Shown here in pieces: positions 44,307 to 53,469 of a stretch of 64,000 nt of DNA (its first letter is position 1; each line of letters opens with the position of its first letter). Origin of the DNA: Minisyncoccota bacterium (GTDB lineage Bacteria > Patescibacteriota > Minisyncoccia > Phycocordibacterales > UBA9973); the NCBI GenBank assembly GCA_041658325.1, contig JBBAAI010000001.1, forward strand, positions 27,427 through 91,426, written 5' to 3'. The translations under genes were made by a program, and so were the position numbers. The notes under the pieces are model-generated. The model searched no databases. It was not told the DNA's origin and worked only from the letters and a program-made list of their open reading frames with translations.

Positions 44307-47300
44307 TTATTTTTCAATTTTTACTTTAAAAATTAAATCACCTATCTTCACCTCTTTCCCCTCGTTTCCTTTATATTCAATTTTAGACACGAGTACAACT
44401 TTTTTGATTTCCACTTCAAACTTTTCTATCAATTTTTTACCCATATCATTGGTTTCGACAACAAGGGTAACAACATCACTCGGAGTAAGCCCTATCTTCT
44501 TTCTTATCTCTTGTAGGGCTCGCGCCAATTCTCGATAATCTCCTTCTTGTTTTAATTCTCCGGTAATTTCTGTGTCTAGCAATACTTCTGTTTCTATATT
44601 TTTATTTTCTTTGATTTCTTTTATGTTTATTTCATCTTTTATGAGCTCCATATACTCTTCTTCTAGGTTGAAATTCTTTATTTGTAGTTTAGCAAGTGGT
44701 TGACGAACTTTTATCCCAGCTTTTTGTCTTGCCTCGAGGCCAAGAGTCACAATATTTCTAACTGCCTCCATTTTTTCTATAATTTTTGGTTCGCCAAATC
44801 CAAAAATACCAAAGACGGTCTTTAACACAGTCGGCCTGCCTGCGCAGGCAGGCCATTCTGCTAAATGCACACTTTCTTCATCTTTTTCATTTTTTAATTT
44901 TGACCAAATATCCTCTGCCGAAAATGGTGCGAATGGGGCAATCAATTTTGCCAGAGTTTTTAATATAAAATAGAGAGTTTGTTTTGCTTCGTTATCTCCT
45001 TCTTTTATTCTTTCACGCGAACGACGCAAATACCAAGTAGAGAGATCACCAACAAAATCTCGAAATGCCCTCGTTGGCTCAAGTAATTTGTAATTATCAA
45101 GATTCTTTGTTGTAAGTTCTATTAATTCATCCAGTCTCGTCAAAGTCCAAATGTCTAAAATATTTTTTGATTTAGGTTTGTTATTTTTTTCTAAATTTTT
45201 ATCTCTGTAAAGTTCATAAAACGCAAGCACGTTATAAAGCAACCCAAAAACTTGTTGATGCAACAAGGCCACAGTTTTTTCATCAAAATTCTTTGACTCA
45301 CCTGGCTGATTAACTGAATACATCCAGAGACGAAGTGTATCAACACCATATTTATCCATCGCTTCCCATGGATCAACAATATTACCGAGAGATTTAGACA
45401 TTTTTTTACCCTTAGCATCAAGTAAATGTCCTAAACAGATAACGTTTTTAAAAGCCTTCCCTCGCCCCACAAGCATTCCCACGGCGTGCAGAGTGTAAAA
45501 CCATCCGCGTGTTTGATCTATCGCCTCTGAAATGAAGTCAGCAGGATAACCTGGACCATCTACCCAATTTTTATTTTCAAATGGGTAGTGATCTTGCGCG
45601 AAAGGCATCGCACCGGAATCAAACCAAACATCCATCACTTCTTTTGTTCTTACCAAATTACCACTACAACTACAAACAAGCGGCACTTTGTCTATGTACG
45701 GTTTGTGCAAATCTAATTCATAATTTTCATTATGTGGGAGAATTGAAAAATCTATTTCTTTAATTTCGGCATTCTTTATATTATCCTTTTCGCCCCGAAA
45801 TTCTATAGTGTTTTTTTTATCAAGACCCAAAGCCACAGATATAAGCAAAAAGGCAGTCACTTCGTGTGTTACTAATAAAATATTTTTATTAGTATATTTA
45901 GACTCAAGCTCATAAATTAATTTTCCAACTCTGTTTTTAACATCGGTATAGGATTCTCCACCTTCTGGTCTTTTTTCAAAACGTATCAAAGTATGAGGAA
46001 ACTCTTTTAGTAAGTCATCAATTTTTTTACCATTATATTTGCCGACGTTCCACTCTAGCAAAGAATCCTCTTCGATTGTCTGCTCCTTCTTTATTCCGAG
46101 AGACGAAATAATAATTTCTGCAGTTTCTTTCGTTCTCGTTAAGGGAGAATATATGACTAGATCAATTTTTGCATTTTTCAATTCTTGCGCACTTTTTCTT
46201 ACTTGTTCTTTCCCCTTTTCAGTAAGGTGGTAGTTGTCGTTTAGAGAATTAGATAAAATATTTTGAACATTGTTTTCTGATTCTCCATGTCGCATCACAA
46301 AATATTTATTCCCAGATTTTTTTGTCTTTTCTTTTATTTCTTCCAAACTCCCCAGAACATCAATTTTTTTACATTTTTCACATTGCCAAACCGGAAGCGG
46401 GGTTCCCCAATATCGCTCGCGAGAAACTGCCCAGTCTTTTATCTCCCTTAGCCACTCACCGAAACGTCCATCACGAATATGTGCTGGTTCCCAATTTATT
46501 TCTTTGTTTTCCGCAATCATCTTTTCTTTGATTTTTGGATCAGTTACTCTGATATACCAAGAATCCCGCGCATAATAAATGAGCGCAGTATGACAACGCC
46601 AACAATGCGGATATGAGTGTTCATATTTTTCTTTTTTCAATAACAATCCGCGGTGCGCCAAATCCTTAATAACATCAACTGCCACTTCTTCGTCTCTTAC
46701 AAATCTGCCTTCAAAAATATCTGTGCCAGGCAAGAATTTACCATCTAGGCCCACGAGATGCTGTTTCGGTAAACTAATTTGCGTTCCGAGAGCAAAGTCA
46801 TCTTGCCCATACATCACCGCCGTGTGCACAACACCAGTTCCATCTTCAGTCGTCACGAAATCTGCCCCGTAAACTTTGTATGCTTTTTCTAATTTCGGTT
46901 TTTCGCTTTCAGAAATAATATTGGCAAGATACGGATAAAGTGGTTCGTATTCTAAGCCGATTAAATCTTTGCCTTTCATTTCTTCTGTAATTTCATATTC
47001 ACCATCAATTATGGAAAGTCGGGCCTTAGCTAAGATAAAAATCTCGTTGCCAAATTTAATTTTCACATAATCAATATCTTTACCAACTGCCAAAGCAACG
47101 TTCCCCGGCAATGTCCAAGGAGTCGTCGTCCAAGCTAGAATATATGTATTAGCCGAAGCCGTATGCTTGTGCGAATGGTCTGGCTGGGGTTGGGGACCCA
47201 GAGAACCGAGGACCTGAGCAGAAGCATCGGCGAAGGCCTTTATTTTAAATTTCACATAAACAGACAAATCTTTTACATCTTCATACCCTTGGGCTAGTTC

Positions 47301-47888
47301 GTGCGAAGAAAGAGCTGTGCCACAACGCGGACACCAAGGTACGACTTTATAATCTTTATAAAGTAAATTCTGTTCGTTTATTTTTTTTACGATATTCCAA
47401 ACAGATTCAATAAATTTATTGTGATAAGTAACATATGGATTTTCTTGATCCACCCAATATCCGATACGCTTGGTAAATTTATTCCAAATTTCCAAATATT
47501 CCCAAACGCTTTCTTTACATTCCTGATTAAATTTCGCAATTCCATATTCTTCAATCGCCTTTTTGGAATTAAGTCCCAATTTTTTTTCTACTTGTAATTC
47601 CACAGGAAGACCATGCGTATCCCATCCGCCTTTTCGGCGCACGTGATATCCCTGCATCGTTTTATATCTCGGGATTACGTCCTTGAACGCTCGCGCCTCC
47701 AAATGGTGAATCCCCGGCTTGCCGTTTGCCGTCGGTGGACCTTCGTAAAAAATAAATTCCTTCTTCCCTTCAGTTTGTTCTAGAGATTTCTCAAAAATTT
47801 TCTTTTCTTTCCAAAATTCTAAAATTCTTTCCTCGCGCAACGCCGTTTCACTTTTTTTGTTTGTCTTGTTTGTTTCTTCTTCTTTCAT
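44307..47888 (-). CDS. ileS: isoleucyl-tRNA synthetase with in-frame inserted histidine-phosphatase (PGAM-like) domain
   Basis: 1193 aa single ORF; IleRS motifs (PPTANGKPGIHH, WTTTPWTLP, CP1 editing region, KMSKS, DVWFDSG); residues ~527-690 contain RHGE, SPLTRTKETA, EGGES, LVTHE = histidine phosphatase signature. Confidence 0.9.
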   Translation of the reverse strand: MKEEETNKTNKKSETALREERILEFWKEKKIFEKSLEQTEGKKEFIFYEGPPTANGKPGIHHLEARAFKDVIPRYKTMQGYHVRRKGGWDTHGLPVELQVEKKLGLNSKKAIEEYGIAKFNQECKESVWEYLEIWNKFTKRIGYWVDQENPYVTYHNKFIESVWNIVKKINEQNLLYKDYKVVPWCPRCGTALSSHELAQGYEDVKDLSVYVKFKIKAFADASAQVLGSLGPQPQPDHSHKHTASANTYILAWTTTPWTLPGNVALAVGKDIDYVKIKFGNEIFILAKARLSIIDGEYEITEEMKGKDLIGLEYEPLYPYLANIISESEKPKLEKAYKVYGADFVTTEDGTGVVHTAVMYGQDDFALGTQISLPKQHLVGLDGKFLPGTDIFEGRFVRDEEVAVDVIKDLAHRGLLLKKEKYEHSYPHCWRCHTALIYYARDSWYIRVTDPKIKEKMIAENKEINWEPAHIRDGRFGEWLREIKDWAVSRERYWGTPLPVWQCEKCKKIDVLGSLEEIKEKTKKSGNKYFVMRHGESENNVQNILSNSLNDNYHLTEKGKEQVRKSAQELKNAKIDLVIYSPLTRTKETAEIIISSLGIKKEQTIEEDSLLEWNVGKYNGKKIDDLLKEFPHTLIRFEKRPEGGESYTDVKNRVGKLIYELESKYTNKNILLVTHEVTAFLLISVALGLDKKNTIEFRGEKDNIKNAEIKEIDFSILPHNENYELDLHKPYIDKVPLVCSCSGNLVRTKEVMDVWFDSGAMPFAQDHYPFENKNWVDGPGYPADFISEAIDQTRGWFYTLHAVGMLVGRGKAFKNVICLGHLLDAKGKKMSKSLGNIVDPWEAMDKYGVDTLRLWMYSVNQPGESKNFDEKTVALLHQQVFGLLYNVLAFYELYRDKNLEKNNKPKSKNILDIWTLTRLDELIELTTKNLDNYKLLEPTRAFRDFVGDLSTWYLRRSRERIKEGDNEAKQTLYFILKTLAKLIAPFAPFSAEDIWSKLKNEKDEESVHLAEWPACAGRPTVLKTVFGIFGFGEPKIIEKMEAVRNIVTLGLEARQKAGIKVRQPLAKLQIKNFNLEEEYMELIKDEINIKEIKENKNIETEVLLDTEITGELKQEGDYRELARALQEIRKKIGLTPSDVVTLVVETNDMGKKLIEKFEVEIKKVVLVSKIEYKGNEGKEVKIGDLIFKVKIEK
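44833..44854. repeat. perfect 22-nt GC palindrome ggcctgcctgcgcaggcaggcc inside ileS (codes PACAGRP)
   Basis: 18-nt core cctgcctgcgcaggcagg also present at 56167..56184 inside comEC. Confidence 0.8.
47174..47218. repeat. GC-rich 45-nt dispersed repeat copy inside ileS (codes ASAQVLGSLGPQPQPD, an insertion before WTTTPWTLP)
   Basis: reverse complement of 31537..31581, 44/45 identical. Confidence 0.8.
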
Positions 47889-47924
47889 AATTTATATCCC
47901 TACAAACTCCAGTTTGTTGGTATG

Positions 47925-48180
47925 TTATATTTTGATAAATAAAAAACTCGTCCACGTACAACAATAAAAATTGTTATACAAGGACGAGTTTCTCGTGGTA
48001 CCACCTTGTTTACTTCTCATTTAATGGGTTCTACTCCCCTCGCGGGTTTCTTCCCAAAGCTCTAGGGTGATTTCCCCTTCAACGCTTGTAAAGAAATAAT
48101 AACATAAATATCAAAACAGCTCAATTCGGCTAGAGCACAGAGCTTGTACCTATAAAATCGATACTTGAAACCCGATAGAA
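47925..48180 (-). promoter_or_regulatory. putative T-box riboswitch leader of ileS (T-box sequence + intrinsic terminator)
   Basis: minus strand carries AAGGUGGUACCACGAG (T-box consensus AGGGUGGUACCGCG) partly overlapping terminator stem AAACUCGUCC...GGACGAGUUU + U-run; 310-nt leader upstream of an aaRS gene. Confidence 0.45.
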
Positions 48181-48197
48181 CAGACAATTTTAAAAAA

Positions 48198-48491
48198 TTA
48201 TCTACATCCAAAGTTATCACAAATATTTTCACACACAGGAGAGTTACTTAAGTCATCTTTACTGCCAACAAAACTACATTTGTACCCACAATCAAACCTT
48301 TTATATTGAGTTGTTCCATCTCCGTAATAAGCGTTACCGGCTGATAAGCAAGTTTCTTTTGATTTATAATCTATCCGCATAAGAGTTACACCTTCTCCGT
48401 AAAGATTTAATTGCCAGGGCTTACTAAAATAAGTATAAGCTCCATACATTAACACAACCAATATTAAAACAACTATTATTTTATTTTTCAT
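48198..48491 (-). CDS. small secreted Cys-rich protein
   Basis: 97 aa, N-terminal signal/TM, 8 Cys. Confidence 0.4.
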   Translation of the reverse strand: MKNKIIVVLILVVLMYGAYTYFSKPWQLNLYGEGVTLMRIDYKSKETCLSAGNAYYGDGTTQYKRFDCGYKCSFVGSKDDLSNSPVCENICDNFGCR

Positions 48492-48503
48492 AATACATTT
48501 TTT

Positions 48504-48698
48504 CTAATTCTGCGACTTGCATATATCTACATTTGTTTTAAATGACTCCAAGTTTAAAAGATTCTCTTGTGGAACAACATCCAGGCATTTTTTGAAAACA
48601 ATATTTTTACGATTCAAATAATACATAAGGAAGGAATTGATCACTATTAAAATAAACACAAACAACACAACACGAATTAAAATATTTTTATGCTCCAT
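48504..48698 (-). CDS. small membrane protein
   Basis: 64 aa, one TM; ORF only. Confidence 0.25.
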   Translation of the reverse strand: MEHKNILIRVVLFVFILIVINSFLMYYLNRKNIVFKKCLDVVPQENLLNLESFKTNVDICKSQN

Positions 48699-48755
48699 TT
48701 AATTTAAAGTTAGTATTAATACTTAAATAATACAACTAATACCACAAAAAACAAT

Positions 48756-50420
48756 CTACATCTTCCTCGGTGCTTCGATACCGAGCAAGTGCAGTCCAGT
48801 TTTCGTTACAAATGAAAATGCGTAGGTTAGGGCTATTTTGTATGAAGAATATTGATCATCTTTGCTAACAATAACAGTATTTCCATAAAAACTATTAAAT
48901 GAGCGGGCGATTTCTATCAAATAATTCGCAATGTGGTGTGGCTCATATAATGAAGCGGAACGAGAGACGATTTCTGGAAATTTATATAACAATTTTTCCA
49001 ATTCAAAAATTTCTTCCGGCACCTTTTCAAAATCCGGCAAAATATTTTCTTTTTGCGCTTTTTCTAATACGGAATTCGCGCGAGTATAAGAATATTGCAA
49101 ATATGGTCCGGAATCCCCTTCAAAAGAAATAGACTTTTCAAAATCGTAGATAATATCTCCGCCGATGGATTGTTTCAGAATGGAATATTTTATCGCCGCC
49201 ACTCCGACTTCGTTAGCAATTTTTTCTTGTTCTTCAGGCGAAAAATTTCGATCGGTCATTTTTTCTAAAACCATATCGTGAACATCGCCCATAAGTGACT
49301 CACCAGTAATCACATTCCCTTTTCTAGAACTCATTTTCCCACCCACAAAGCGCATCATGCCGTGGGTAATGTGTTTCATTCTATTTTCAAAATCTGGATG
49401 AATTATTGAAAGAGCTTTTGCCACGACCCGCATATAATCCATTTGTTCATTCGCAGTGATGGTTATGGATAAATCCATATTGGGTTCTGTTTTAAATTTT
49501 TCCTTAGTTAAACCCAGCTCTTTCGTCTCGTAAGTCGGCAAACCTTGAGAAGTGATGAAAACTCTTGTATGTAATTTTGGGTCAAATTTTTCTGCTTTAA
49601 AGATCACAGCTCCGTCTGATTTTTCAAAAATTTTACCGATATTTGCTTGAACAATTTCTTTCCCTATATCTGTCATTGCACTTTCCAAAAAGTAAAAATC
49701 AAATTTCGTGCCGAGAATTTTATACAAATCCTCAAAAGCTTCCATCGTCACATCAAAACCCCATTTGTATATTTCGTTTATTTTCTCGTCGCTCTTGTCA
49801 TAAAGTTTTTTATTTATTTCATCTATTTCTTTTTTCGCTTTTTCGTCTGTTTCATAAAGCTCCGCGCCTCGAGAATATGCATGTCCGATATTTCCAGCCT
49901 GGAGAGCGATAGAACCAGCCTTGTTTTGGAGTTTCTCATTATCCAATAGTCCATAAATAGCTTTCGCTACATGCAAACCCACGTCACCTTGATAATTCGC
50001 CCTAGCGACCAGTGCGCCAGAGTGTTCTAAAATTCTCGCGATGGATTCACCGATGGCATTCGTCATTAGGTGCCCGATGTGAAAAGGCTTGAAAGGATTA
50101 GGATCGGTATATTCCACCATTATTTTTTTGCCCGAGAGCAATTCATTTTTTCCATAGCCGTTTCCTTCGTTTAAAATTTCCTCAATGCTTTGACTAAAAA
50201 ACTCTCGGGATAAAAAAAAATTAATAAACTTGCCGGCTATCTCTATTTTTTCTATTTCTGCTAATTTATTTTTTTCTAATTTCTCCAAGGCTTCTTTCTC
50301 ATTTTCTAAAGACGAAAAAAAAGCATAGTCACCATTTTTAATATCCTTGGGATGCGCTAATACAAAATCTCCCTCAATCTTTAAAATTTCTTTTATCCAA
50401 TTTTTTATTTTTTGTTCCAT
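48756..50420 (-). CDS. argS: arginyl-tRNA synthetase
   Basis: HIGH motif PFHIGHLMTN, class I ArgRS architecture; start trimmed to MEQKIK to avoid 58-nt overlap with dut. Confidence 0.9.
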   Translation of the reverse strand: MEQKIKNWIKEILKIEGDFVLAHPKDIKNGDYAFFSSLENEKEALEKLEKNKLAEIEKIEIAGKFINFFLSREFFSQSIEEILNEGNGYGKNELLSGKKIMVEYTDPNPFKPFHIGHLMTNAIGESIARILEHSGALVARANYQGDVGLHVAKAIYGLLDNEKLQNKAGSIALQAGNIGHAYSRGAELYETDEKAKKEIDEINKKLYDKSDEKINEIYKWGFDVTMEAFEDLYKILGTKFDFYFLESAMTDIGKEIVQANIGKIFEKSDGAVIFKAEKFDPKLHTRVFITSQGLPTYETKELGLTKEKFKTEPNMDLSITITANEQMDYMRVVAKALSIIHPDFENRMKHITHGMMRFVGGKMSSRKGNVITGESLMGDVHDMVLEKMTDRNFSPEEQEKIANEVGVAAIKYSILKQSIGGDIIYDFEKSISFEGDSGPYLQYSYTRANSVLEKAQKENILPDFEKVPEEIFELEKLLYKFPEIVSRSASLYEPHHIANYLIEIARSFNSFYGNTVIVSKDDQYSSYKIALTYAFSFVTKTGLHLLGIEAPRKM

Positions 50421-50427
50421 ATTTATA

Positions 50428-50853
50428 TTATTTATGCCCCGTACTACCAAATTTACCATCACCCCGAACTGTTCCCGAAACTTCATCCACTTCTAGTATC
50501 TCACAATCTTCAAATTTTTGGATAACCATTTGGGCTATTTTATGTCCCTTCTCTATTATAACTTCTTTGTCCGAAACATTTAATAGATTCATAATGATTT
50601 CTCCTCGATAACCAGCGTCAATAACCCCGCCCATCACCTTAAGTCCAAGATTAAAAGAAATCCTAGATTTATCCCAAATAAGCCCCACACATCCGTCTGG
50701 TATTTCAATCGCTACACCCGTGGGAACATGCATTTGTTTGCCTGGCGGAAAAACGACATCTTCAATCGTGTAAAAATCTATCCCTGCATCACCCGGATGC
50801 CCATGTGTGGGCAACTTCGCATCTTTATGTAATTTTTTAACTTTTATTTTCAT
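50428..50853 (-). CDS. dut: dUTP diphosphatase
   Basis: 141 aa, dUTPase motifs (GDAGIDF, GLIWDKSR, RGDGKFGSTG). Confidence 0.85.
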   Translation of the reverse strand: MKIKVKKLHKDAKLPTHGHPGDAGIDFYTIEDVVFPPGKQMHVPTGVAIEIPDGCVGLIWDKSRISFNLGLKVMGGVIDAGYRGEIIMNLLNVSDKEVIIEKGHKIAQMVIQKFEDCEILEVDEVSGTVRGDGKFGSTGHK

Positions 50854-51542
50854 TTCAAAACTTTTTTAATTTTTTTATAAACTTCTTCGTGAATATCCTC
50901 GCGAGTTCTCATTTGTCCTTTTTCTTCACAATTTATTCGAAGCCATCCTTTTTGTGTCCCTGCGAGCCAAAGTGCGCTCTTGATAGAATTCTTCATAAAC
51001 TTTCTATCTTTCTCATGAGCATCTTTCTTTCCTTTCAAATACGCTCTGCTCTTTTTTTTATTTCTCTCTTTTATCAATTTCAAAACCATTTCAATCGGCA
51101 AAGATAAATATATAGTGAGATCCGGCACAGGAATTTTGAAAACTTTATATTCCATTTCGGCGAGCCACTCCATAAAGGCTTCGCGTTTTTTCACATTCGC
51201 GATTTTTCCGCCCTGATGTATTTGGTTGGAAGAAATGTATCTGTCTAAAATCACGAGATAGCCTTCGCGGAGCCATTTCTCAATTTGCTCTTTGGATTCC
51301 CATCGATCTGCTGCGTAAACTATTGAGGCGATTTTCGGATGAATGTGTGTCCAATTATAATATTGCTCGGAAAGACAGTGCCCAATAAATTTACCAAAAA
51401 AATTATCCTGATAGCGCGGGAAATCCATAATTTTAACCTTTTTTCCATCTCGACGAAGATGCTTGATAAGCAAATCTGCTTGCGTATTTTTCCCGCTTCC
51501 ATCCACTCCGTCTATTACGATAAGTTTTCCGTGTTTCGCCAT
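50850..51542 (-). CDS. tmk: thymidylate kinase
   Basis: 230 aa, P-loop IVIDGVDGSGKNTQ. Confidence 0.9.
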   Translation of the reverse strand: MAKHGKLIVIDGVDGSGKNTQADLLIKHLRRDGKKVKIMDFPRYQDNFFGKFIGHCLSEQYYNWTHIHPKIASIVYAADRWESKEQIEKWLREGYLVILDRYISSNQIHQGGKIANVKKREAFMEWLAEMEYKVFKIPVPDLTIYLSLPIEMVLKLIKERNKKKSRAYLKGKKDAHEKDRKFMKNSIKSALWLAGTQKGWLRINCEEKGQMRTREDIHEEVYKKIKKVLK

Positions 51543-51543
51543 A

Positions 51544-52218
51544 TTATTTTTTTATTATTATTTCTTCTTCTGGTTTTTCGAGTTTCAAATTATCAATTAT
51601 TTTTTCAGCCACAAAATTAGGATCCATAAATTCATCGTAGTTTTGGGGTTTGTTTTCGTCAAATAAATTTGTTTGCATAGCTCCCGGATAAACTCCAAAA
51701 ACTTTAATTTTCTCGCCGTCCACTTCTTTCATGAGAGACTTAGTAAATCCAGACGCGGCGAATTTGCTTGCACAATAGGCTGTCTCGTTTACTTTTCCGT
51801 CTAAACCACTGGTAGAAATAATATTTACAATAGAACCAAAACCCTGCTTGCGCATATGCGCCAAAGAAATTTTGGAACCATAAACTGTGCCAAATAAATT
51901 AACCTCCATTAAATCGTGGGCTCTTTTCCAATCCGTTTCTTCGATCGGTTTATGTGGCAACCAGATGCCCGCATTATTTACCCAGATATCAATTCTACCA
52001 AAATCACTAACGACTTTTTCGGCTAATGCTTGAATTTCATTTTCCTTCGTAACGTCTACTTTGACGCCCACAATTTCGCTTTCCAAATTTTTCAACTCCT
52101 CTTCATTTCTAGAACAAACTACAACCCTAGAACCATCTTTCAAAAAACAAAGAGCTAGGGCTTTGCCTAAACCCTTACTTCCTCCCGTTATAACTATAAC
52201 TTTATCTTTTAAATCCAT
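51544..52218 (-). CDS. SDR family oxidoreductase
   Basis: 224 aa, TGGSKGLGKALA Rossmann motif, YxxxK (YCASK). Confidence 0.8.
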   Translation of the reverse strand: MDLKDKVIVITGGSKGLGKALALCFLKDGSRVVVCSRNEEELKNLESEIVGVKVDVTKENEIQALAEKVVSDFGRIDIWVNNAGIWLPHKPIEETDWKRAHDLMEVNLFGTVYGSKISLAHMRKQGFGSIVNIISTSGLDGKVNETAYCASKFAASGFTKSLMKEVDGEKIKVFGVYPGAMQTNLFDENKPQNYDEFMDPNFVAEKIIDNLKLEKPEEEIIIKK

Positions 52219-52224
52219 AAATTT

Positions 52225-53469
52225 TTATACAAACTTTTTAGGTATTGGAAACTTTTTGGCTAATTTTTTAATTTCTTTATGCACAGATTCTTTTATTTTT
52301 TTATCATCTTTGTTTTTTAGGACTTCAATCATTAATTCCGCGATTTTTTTGCACTCTTTTTCTTTAAACCCACGCGTAGTGATGGCTGGAGTACCAAATC
52401 TTATGCCTGACGGATCAAGAGGTTTTCTCGTATCTCCTGCGATAGCATTCATATTGAGGGTAATCCCTACTTCATCTAAGACTGTCTGCGCTTCTTTGCC
52501 AGTCACTCCAAGAGAACCGAAAACATCAGCTAAAATAAGATGATTGTCTGTGCCTCCGCCGATCATCCTAATTTTATTTTTATGAAAAACTTCTTCCATC
52601 GCTTTTGCGTTTTTCAAAATTTGTTTGGCATATTTTTTAAAAGCCGGTTTCATTGCTTCTCCGAAAGCCACGGCTTTCGCGGCAACAGTATGCATATGTG
52701 GACCACCTTGAATTCCAGGAAAAATAGATTTATCAATTTTTTTGGCAATTTCTTCATTCTCCCGAGTGAGAATTATCCCTCCGCGTGGACCGCGAAGTGT
52801 TTTATGCGTAGTGGAAGTAATAATATCAAAACCATCATCAAATGGATTACGTAAAACTCCCGCAGCAATGAGCCCGGCGATATGCGCCATGTCTGCCATG
52901 GTGACAGCGCCGACTTCGCGCGCAATTTCTACAAATTTTTTATAATCTAGCGTGCGTGAGTACGCAGAAAATCCAGCTAGAATTATTTTAGGCTTTTTTT
53001 CTAGGGCAACTTTGCGTAAATCTTCGTAATCAATCTCTCCTGTTTCCGGATCTTTCATTTTATAGGTAACAAAATTATAAATTTTTGCCGGTAAGGTCAT
53101 CGGATGCCCGTGAGTCAAATGTCCTCCGTGTGATAAATCCATACCAAGCACAGTGTCTCTAGGATTTAATAATGCTGCATATACAGCCAAGTTCGCCGGA
53201 GCGCCAGAGTGTGGTTGCACATTGGCAAACTTGCATTTAAATAATTTACAAACACGTTCAATCGCCAAACGCTCCACAGCATCAGTAAAATCCTGTCCGC
53301 CATAATACCGTCTGCCTGGATATCCTTCAGAATATTTGTTGGTAAAAACTGAGCCGTTGGCCTTTAGCACATCTTCCGAAACATAGTTCTCGGAGGGTAT
53401 CAATTCCAGCCCTTCTTTTTGTCTTTTCTCTTCGCCTTTTATCAGTTTTTCAACTAGTTTATCTCGCAT
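52225..53469 (-). CDS. glyA: serine hydroxymethyltransferase
   Basis: 414 aa, SHGGHLTHG and PLP-Lys region TTHKTLRGPRGG. Confidence 0.9.
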   Translation of the reverse strand: MRDKLVEKLIKGEEKRQKEGLELIPSENYVSEDVLKANGSVFTNKYSEGYPGRRYYGGQDFTDAVERLAIERVCKLFKCKFANVQPHSGAPANLAVYAALLNPRDTVLGMDLSHGGHLTHGHPMTLPAKIYNFVTYKMKDPETGEIDYEDLRKVALEKKPKIILAGFSAYSRTLDYKKFVEIAREVGAVTMADMAHIAGLIAAGVLRNPFDDGFDIITSTTHKTLRGPRGGIILTRENEEIAKKIDKSIFPGIQGGPHMHTVAAKAVAFGEAMKPAFKKYAKQILKNAKAMEEVFHKNKIRMIGGGTDNHLILADVFGSLGVTGKEAQTVLDEVGITLNMNAIAGDTRKPLDPSGIRFGTPAITTRGFKEKECKKIAELMIEVLKNKDDKKIKESVHKEIKKLAKKFPIPKKFV

